Source: Chitinophagales bacterium (GTDB taxonomy: Bacteria > Bacteroidota > Bacteroidia > Chitinophagales > LD1). From it: DNA of 64,000 nucleotides. Positions 58,424-64,000 of the stretch are shown here, piece by piece; the stretch's first letter is position 1; every line of letters begins with the position of its first letter. Position numbers and translations under genes: made by a program. The notes below the pieces were generated by a model, which was not told where the DNA came from, ran no database searches, and saw only the letters and a program-made list of their open reading frames with translations. The stretch is from contig JBGAVP010000011.1 in NCBI GenBank assembly GCA_044228065.1, positions 26,521 through 90,520 of the forward strand, in the 5' to 3' direction.

Positions 58424-60172
58424 TTTGCCGGTTGGAATTGCTGCAATAAGGCGTTGAGTATAGGGTTGTTGAGGATTGTTGTAGATAGAATCAGATGCCC
58501 CAATTTCCTCTATTTTTCCTTTGTTCATCACCACCATGCGGTCACTCATAAATTTCACTACCGATAAATCGTGGGAAATAAAAATATAGGTAAACTTAAA
58601 CTCCTCTCTTAGTTGAATCAATAGATTTAAAACTTGAGCTTGAACACTCACATCTAAAGCGGAAACAGATTCATCGCAAATAATAAATTTAGGATTGAGT
58701 GAAAGGGCTCGTGCTATACATATCCGTTGACGCTGACCACCCGAAAACTCATGAGGATAACGATTGTAGTGCTCTGGCTTCATATTTACTTTCTCTAAAA
58801 GCTCTATTACTTTTTCCTTTCTTACTTTCTCATTTTCATACACTTCATGCACACTCATCGGCTCTTGAATAGCATTCCCAACAGTCATTCTTGGATTTAA
58901 AGAAGAATATGGATCTTGGAAAATAATCTGCATATGCTTGCGCATTTCTTTTAAGTCAGCATTATTCATATCTAAAATATGCTTCCCTTCAAAAATAATT
59001 TCGCCAGAATGCGCAGGAGCTAATCGCAAAATTGTTCTACCTAGGGTTGTTTTACCACAACCCGATTCGCCCACCAATCCTAAGGTTTCACCTTCTTGTA
59101 CTTTGAAGGAAACATCATCAACTGCTTTCACATAGTCCGTAACCTTTCCAAAGAAATTCTTTGAAGAAGGAAACCAAGTCTTCAAATTATTTACTTCTAA
59201 TAAAGTTTTTCCAGCCAAAAGACTTTCTCTGCGGGCATCCGTTACAGATTGACTGATAATTTGGGCATTAATAGCTTCACTTACAGTAGTCGGCAACTCT
59301 ATAATTTGACCATTTTCTTCTTTCATAAAATCTACTACCGTGGGTAGTTTCTTTAATCGAATATCTAATGGTGGACGGCACGCTAAAAGACTTCTAGTAT
59401 AAGGATGTTTCGGAGCAGAAAAAATATCCAAAACATTCCCTTGTTCTACAATCTTACCTTTATACATCACGATTACTTGGTCGGCTATCTCTGCTATAAC
59501 TCCTAAGTCGTGGGTAATGAAAATAATGGAAGATTCTATTTCATGACGCAACTGATTCATAAGCTCCAAAATAGTAGCTTGAACGGTCACATCTAAGGCC
59601 GTAGTAGGTTCATCTGCAATTAAGATATTAGGATTGCAGGACATAGCCATAGCAATCATTACCCGTTGTTTTTGTCCGCCTGAAAGTTGATGAGGATAAG
59701 CTTTTAAAACCCGCATCGGGTCTGGTAACTTTACTTTCGCAAACATTTTAAGAGTGAGCTCCTCTGCTTGTTTTTTAGTGACTTTTTGATGCAAAATGAT
59801 AGCTTCTACAACTTGGTCTCCACATGTAAACACAGGATTGAGCGAAGTCATGGGTTCCTGAAAAATCATAGAGATTTCACTTCCTCTAAGCTTACGCATT
59901 TCATCTTCCGAAAGCTTTACTAAATCTATTTGTTGACCATCTTTTTTGTGATATATAATTTGCCCACTTGCTATTCTACCGGGAGGATTTGGAATCAATC
60001 GCATAATAGAAAGAGACGTAACCGATTTTCCAGAACCTGATTCTCCCACTATACCTACCGTTTCACCTCTATAGAGATTAAAACTTACATCATTTACTGC
60101 AGTCATTATCCCATCTTCGGTCTTAAATTCTGTGACCAAGTTCTTTACTTCTAACAAAAGTTTTTTCTCCAT
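58382..60172 (-). CDS. ABC transporter ATP-binding protein with two tandem ATPase domains (Dpp/Opp type)
   Basis: Two Walker A motifs (GESGSGKS, GESGCGKT), two signature motifs (LSGGQKQRV, FSGGQRQRI), two Walker B motifs, and an oligopeptide-type C-terminal HPYT motif. Confidence 0.9.
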   Translation of the reverse strand: MEKKLLLEVKNLVTEFKTEDGIMTAVNDVSFNLYRGETVGIVGESGSGKSVTSLSIMRLIPNPPGRIASGQIIYHKKDGQQIDLVKLSEDEMRKLRGSEISMIFQEPMTSLNPVFTCGDQVVEAIILHQKVTKKQAEELTLKMFAKVKLPDPMRVLKAYPHQLSGGQKQRVMIAMAMSCNPNILIADEPTTALDVTVQATILELMNQLRHEIESSIIFITHDLGVIAEIADQVIVMYKGKIVEQGNVLDIFSAPKHPYTRSLLACRPPLDIRLKKLPTVVDFMKEENGQIIELPTTVSEAINAQIISQSVTDARRESLLAGKTLLEVNNLKTWFPSSKNFFGKVTDYVKAVDDVSFKVQEGETLGLVGESGCGKTTLGRTILRLAPAHSGEIIFEGKHILDMNNADLKEMRKHMQIIFQDPYSSLNPRMTVGNAIQEPMSVHEVYENEKVRKEKVIELLEKVNMKPEHYNRYPHEFSGGQRQRICIARALSLNPKFIICDESVSALDVSVQAQVLNLLIQLREEFKFTYIFISHDLSVVKFMSDRMVVMNKGKIEEIGASDSIYNNPQQPYTQRLIAAIPTGKLQDIRSRVEAGVL

Positions 60173-60402
60173 GATTTTTTATAAGTCCGTGAAAATAGAT
60201 GCAATTATTTAGAATGCAAAATGCTTTTTAAGGAATGGCAATTTTGTTTGCTTAAAAACATAAAAATGAATTTACTAAACATACATCTCGTATAAAATTG
60301 TAGACTACAATTCTAAAATCAACATTTCAAAGGCATTTGATAATTTTTATATATACTTATTAATATTACTTTTACATTATACAAACCAAACTTAACCCCA
60401 TC

Positions 60403-61326
60403 ATGGAAAACAACGAACAAAGCGGAAGTAAGAAAATTTATTTAGCCATTATAGCGGTATTGCTATTGATAAATGGTGTAGCTGGCTATCTTCTTTTTAG
60501 CGAAAACAAACAAAAACAAGAAAAAATTGCTGAAATAGCAAAGAAGGATACCGAGTATACAGCACTGAACCAACAGTTCGAAACGGCTAAACAAGATTTA
60601 GAAGGTTTAAAAGGTAAAAATTCAGAGTTAGACAGCATTGTAACTGCTCGTCAAGCTACTATCGAAAAATACCAAAGTCAATTGGCAGAAGCACAACGCA
60701 AAGGAAATTTAAGCGCTGCTGAGTTATCTAAATTCAAATCAATGGTAGCAAATCTTCAGGCTGAGAATGCTACGCTTTCAAAAAAAGTAGAAGAGTTAAC
60801 TTCACAAAATCAAGAGCTTTCTGCTAAAAACTTAGCGGTATCAGCTGATTTAGAAAAAGAGAAACAAACTACTGCATCATTAAGTGATGACAAAGCTGCC
60901 TTAGCTAAAAAAGTAGAAATAGGTTCTCTTATTCAACCTCAAAACTTGACTATAGAAGGGGTTCACAAAAAGAGCAATGGAAAAGAAGTAGCTAAGAAAA
61001 AAGCAAAAGACATTGAATACTTAAAAATTAGTTTTGCTACGGGTGAAAACAAAGTATTGGAAAAAGGGAACTTACCTATTTTCGTTCGTATCATTAATCC
61101 TAAAGGTGAAACTATTTCTGTAGGAGATCAAGGTTCAGGAAAATTGAAATTAGCTGAAAATGGAGAAGATATTCAATACTCAAAAAAAGCAGATATTGAT
61201 TATCAACAAACCAACAAAAATGTAATTATTGAGTGGTCTCAAAATATTAAAGAGGCTGGAACTTACAAAGTAGAATTGTACCAAAGTGGTTACAAAATTG
61301 GAAGTGGCTCTATAGAATTAAAATAA
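60403..61326 (+). CDS. hypothetical membrane-anchored coiled-coil protein
   Basis: N-terminal TM anchor (IYLAIIAVLLLINGVAGYLLF), about 150 aa of heptad-like Q/E/K/L-rich sequence, and a beta-rich C-terminal ~130 aa. Confidence 0.6.
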   Translation: MENNEQSGSKKIYLAIIAVLLLINGVAGYLLFSENKQKQEKIAEIAKKDTEYTALNQQFETAKQDLEGLKGKNSELDSIVTARQATIEKYQSQLAEAQRKGNLSAAELSKFKSMVANLQAENATLSKKVEELTSQNQELSAKNLAVSADLEKEKQTTASLSDDKAALAKKVEIGSLIQPQNLTIEGVHKKSNGKEVAKKKAKDIEYLKISFATGENKVLEKGNLPIFVRIINPKGETISVGDQGSGKLKLAENGEDIQYSKKADIDYQQTNKNVIIEWSQNIKEAGTYKVELYQSGYKIGSGSIELK

Positions 61327-61345
61327 GAGGAGTTACTCCAAAATG

Positions 61346-61381
61346 AAAAGCCTGATTCAGAATTGAGTCAGGCTTTTTTTA
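61346..61381 (+). terminator. rho-independent terminator
   Basis: Stem aagcctgattc (61348-61358) / gagtcaggctt (61365-61375) with one G-T pair, then T7. Confidence 0.65.
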
Positions 61382-61399
61382 TGAATCGTTTTTTGGTAT

Positions 61400-61759
61400 T
61401 CATTCCTTTCTAATGTCTTTCATTTTAGTCTGAAAGGTATACCCCAAGACCTTTGCGCGTTGTTTAGCTAGCTCTGCCTTCTCTCCTACAAAGAGCTCGT
61501 CTACTGTTTCACAAAATGTATTTACCCAAATAGTAAAATGTCGTTCATCTATTTTTAAATGCACATGTTTATCAAATACATTTCCTTTGTAACCTTCTTT
61601 ATCAATTAAAATAAAAGCCCAAAAATCTATCATTTTCGGGAAATGTTTTTCCCAATCTACATTTGCAAAAGGAGGTATCATCAAATCATTTTTTACCACC
61701 TTTTTATAAAATGATTTAACCAATAATTCTACATCTTCATACGAACAAATCTCCTTCAT
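61400..61759 (-). CDS. group III truncated hemoglobin-like protein
   Basis: EDVELLVKSFYKKVVKNDLM..F..VDWEKHFPKMIDFWAFIL....YKGNVFDKH...I...HF..W fits the truncated-globin group III pattern (from memory). ATG at 61759 is preferred over the TTG at 61780. Confidence 0.75.
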   Translation of the reverse strand: MKEICSYEDVELLVKSFYKKVVKNDLMIPPFANVDWEKHFPKMIDFWAFILIDKEGYKGNVFDKHVHLKIDERHFTIWVNTFCETVDELFVGEKAELAKQRAKVLGYTFQTKMKDIRKE

Positions 61760-61783
61760 AATTTTTAGTTTATCATTCAATAA

Positions 61784-63139
61784 TTAATCCTTTACCTCGT
61801 CCCATTCATTTTCACTCTTAGCTATCACAACTGTAGCTAAACAATTTCCTATTACGTTTACAGTAGTGCGAGCCATGTCCATAATGGCATCTATCCCAAA
61901 AATCATATACACTGGCCATTCTGGAAGATGAAAGGTGGCAATAGTTCCTAGTAAAATCACAAAAGATGCCTTAGCAACGCCTGCCACTCCTTTACTGGTA
62001 AGCATCAAAGTAAGCATTATAAAAAGTTGAGTGCTCAATGGTAATTGTATTCCTGATGCCTGCGCCACAAAAATACTCGCCAAAGAAAGATACAAAGTGG
62101 TACCATCCAAATTAAATGAATAGCCCATAGGCAATACAAATGAATAGACCTTTTTATGCACCCCAAATTTTTCCATAGCCGCCATGGCTTTCGGCAGAGC
62201 AGCATCAGAACTAGCAGTGGCAAAGGCTACCGAAACTGGTTCATGTATGGCATGCAAAAATTTGCGAACTGGTATTTTATAATATAAAGCAATAGGAAGT
62301 AACACTCCAAAAAGAAAAACTATTAATGCCCCGAAAAGTGTAAGAATCAAAAGTCCAAAATTTTTAAAGATTCCTATGCCCATTGTGCCCACTGTATAAG
62401 CAATAGCGCCACCCACAGCCAATGGAGAATAGAGCATAATTAGATTGGTAAATTTAAACATCACTTCCGAAAGTAATTCTGCAAAATGAATGACAGGACG
62501 TTTGTATTTTTCATCGCAAAGCGAAACAGCAATGGCAAACAAAATGGAAAACACCACTACCTGAAGTACATTGTTTTCAGCCACTGCTTTAGCAATATTT
62601 TCAGGAACAATTTCATACAATTGGAAATGTTTACCTGCATCGGGCAATGTGTCTGGTTTTGCGATAGAATCAGGTTTGTGAATGCCACTTCCAGCTTGGG
62701 AAATGTTGATAGCAGCCAATCCTATAAAAAGTGCAAGAGTTGTAACTACTTCAAAGTAAATAATAGCTTTTAGTCCCATTCTCCCTACTTGCTTTAGGTT
62801 AGAATGCCCTGCAATACCTACCACCAAAGTACCAAAGAGCAATGGGGCAATAATTGTTTTTACAAGTCGTAAAAAGATTTTCCCTAAAACATTAAGCTCT
62901 GTAGCGAAACTTGGAAAATCTAACCCTATCACAATTCCTATCACCATACTCACGAATACCCAAATGGTCAATGATTTTTTAACCCAAGCATAGTAAATAA
63001 TGGGAAACAAACATAAAATACGTGCAGCAATCAAGCTTTGAGCAGGCACATAAATTACATTAAACCCATTTAAAAGGCTTAACGAGAGCGCAAAAAGAAG
63101 TGCTACAAGTGAAGAGTATAAAAGTGAGTGTTGCTTCAT
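61784..63139 (-). CDS. dicarboxylate/amino acid:cation symporter (DAACS/GltP family)
   Basis: Polytopic protein with MLTSKGVAGV, SFNLDGTTLY and DMARTTVNVIGN motifs. Confidence 0.88.
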   Translation of the reverse strand: MKQHSLLYSSLVALLFALSLSLLNGFNVIYVPAQSLIAARILCLFPIIYYAWVKKSLTIWVFVSMVIGIVIGLDFPSFATELNVLGKIFLRLVKTIIAPLLFGTLVVGIAGHSNLKQVGRMGLKAIIYFEVVTTLALFIGLAAINISQAGSGIHKPDSIAKPDTLPDAGKHFQLYEIVPENIAKAVAENNVLQVVVFSILFAIAVSLCDEKYKRPVIHFAELLSEVMFKFTNLIMLYSPLAVGGAIAYTVGTMGIGIFKNFGLLILTLFGALIVFLFGVLLPIALYYKIPVRKFLHAIHEPVSVAFATASSDAALPKAMAAMEKFGVHKKVYSFVLPMGYSFNLDGTTLYLSLASIFVAQASGIQLPLSTQLFIMLTLMLTSKGVAGVAKASFVILLGTIATFHLPEWPVYMIFGIDAIMDMARTTVNVIGNCLATVVIAKSENEWDEVKD

Positions 63140-63231
63140 CAGGAAGGTTTGTTTCGTAATATTAGAAACATTCTTTTAAATTGTAGTTGCGTTTTCTCAT
63201 CATTCATTATTTATCACTAATAATTATAAAC

Positions 63232-64000
63232 ATGTATCAGTTCTGCACCATTACTACCGCAGACCATTTGTATAAGACTTTGGCACTTTTTGATTCCCTT
63301 CAAAAAGTTCATACATCTTCATTTTTGCATGTGCTATGTGTTGATGATTTAAACACAGAACTCCCTTTAAAAAATATTGCATTTTACAATACTACTACTC
63401 TTCAAAAAGTACCCGTAGCCAATTCCATTATTACAAAATATCAAAAAAATAAAGACAAACTAAGATGGAGCCTAAAGCCTGTATTTATGAGGTTTTTACT
63501 AGAAAATTTAGCGGATAGAATTTTGTACATAGACAACGATATTTACTTTTTCGAGGAGGCAACTTTTCTATTTGATTTACTAAACGATGCTAACTTTTTG
63601 TTAACCCCCCATCATTATCCTCGCAATCCAAACAAAGACCAAAACTGGTTGGAAGCAAACTATAAAGTAGGCTTGTATAACGCTGGTTTTATAGGAGCTA
63701 ATAGAGATGCCATTTCTACATTGCAATGGTGGGCAGAATGTTGCGCTTATCGGTGTCAGAAGAGCATGTGGCGGGGTAGTTTTGACGACCAAAAGTACCT
63801 CGATTTAATTCCAGTTATGAATGAGAGGGCGCACATAGTTCGGCATAAAGGCTGCAATGTAGCCGATTGGAATAAGGATGTGATAAGTAGAACAGAAAAA
63901 GACGGAAAGGTATTTTTAGACAAAGAGTATCCACTTATATTTATTCACTTTAATGGAACTACCGTTCACGCTATCCAAAAAGGGGAAGATCCCTTTTTGA
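63232..64000 (+). CDS. putative nucleotide-diphospho-sugar glycosyltransferase (GT8-like), 3' end outside window
   Basis: Not in the ORF track because it runs off the window. I translated ATG 63232 onward with no stop through 64000: MYQFCTITTADHLYKTL...ILYIDNDIYFF (DxD-like)...LYNAGFIGAN...FDDQKYLDLIP. Confidence 0.65.
   Translation, partial: MYQFCTITTADHLYKTLALFDSLQKVHTSSFLHVLCVDDLNTELPLKNIAFYNTTTLQKVPVANSIITKYQKNKDKLRWSLKPVFMRFLLENLADRILYIDNDIYFFEEATFLFDLLNDANFLLTPHHYPRNPNKDQNWLEANYKVGLYNAGFIGANRDAISTLQWWAECCAYRCQKSMWRGSFDDQKYLDLIPVMNERAHIVRHKGCNVADWNKDVISRTEKDGKVFLDKEYPLIFIHFNGTTVHAIQKGEDPFL

Overview
AT-rich Bacteroidota chromosomal segment. Lineage evidence: a T9SS type-B (CHU_C-like) C-terminal sorting domain, several TTG-N19-TAnnTTTG promoters, the DUF3098-ftsX / uppP / truB / ribF block, DUF1599 divergent from folP, and tRNA-Trp-secE-nusG-rplK-rplA-rplJ. 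I call 57 protein-coding loci (two disrupted) and 2 tRNAs, plus about ten hairpin+T-run terminators. I saw no rRNA, CRISPR array, transposase, integrase or phage genes. Content is mostly housekeeping: queA, sucC, recQ, dnaE, ahcY, ribF, truB, uppP, folP, ung, alkB, ribosomal proteins, two acyl-CoA carboxyltransferase paralogs, three two-component systems and a TPR-adenylate cyclase. I cannot support a complete new multi-gene system (defence, mobile or biosynthetic) from sequence alone. Loci worth a second look: (1) a collagen-like Gly-X-Y surface-protein gene split by clustered frame changes, with a T8 tract in its putative promoter spacer; (2) a DksA/TraR-type protein with a ~265-aa histone-H1-like K/A/P/V repeat extension; (3) the ribosomal cluster stopping after rplJ, with a PhoX/DUF839-like gene where rplL-rpoBC are expected; (4) a low-coding-density islet holding a K+ channel and a signal-less non-specific nuclease; (5) near-identical 5' regions on the two carboxyltransferase paralogs; (6) several intergenic inverted or tandem repeats. 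Product names come from motif recognition by eye; no database search or structure prediction was possible.
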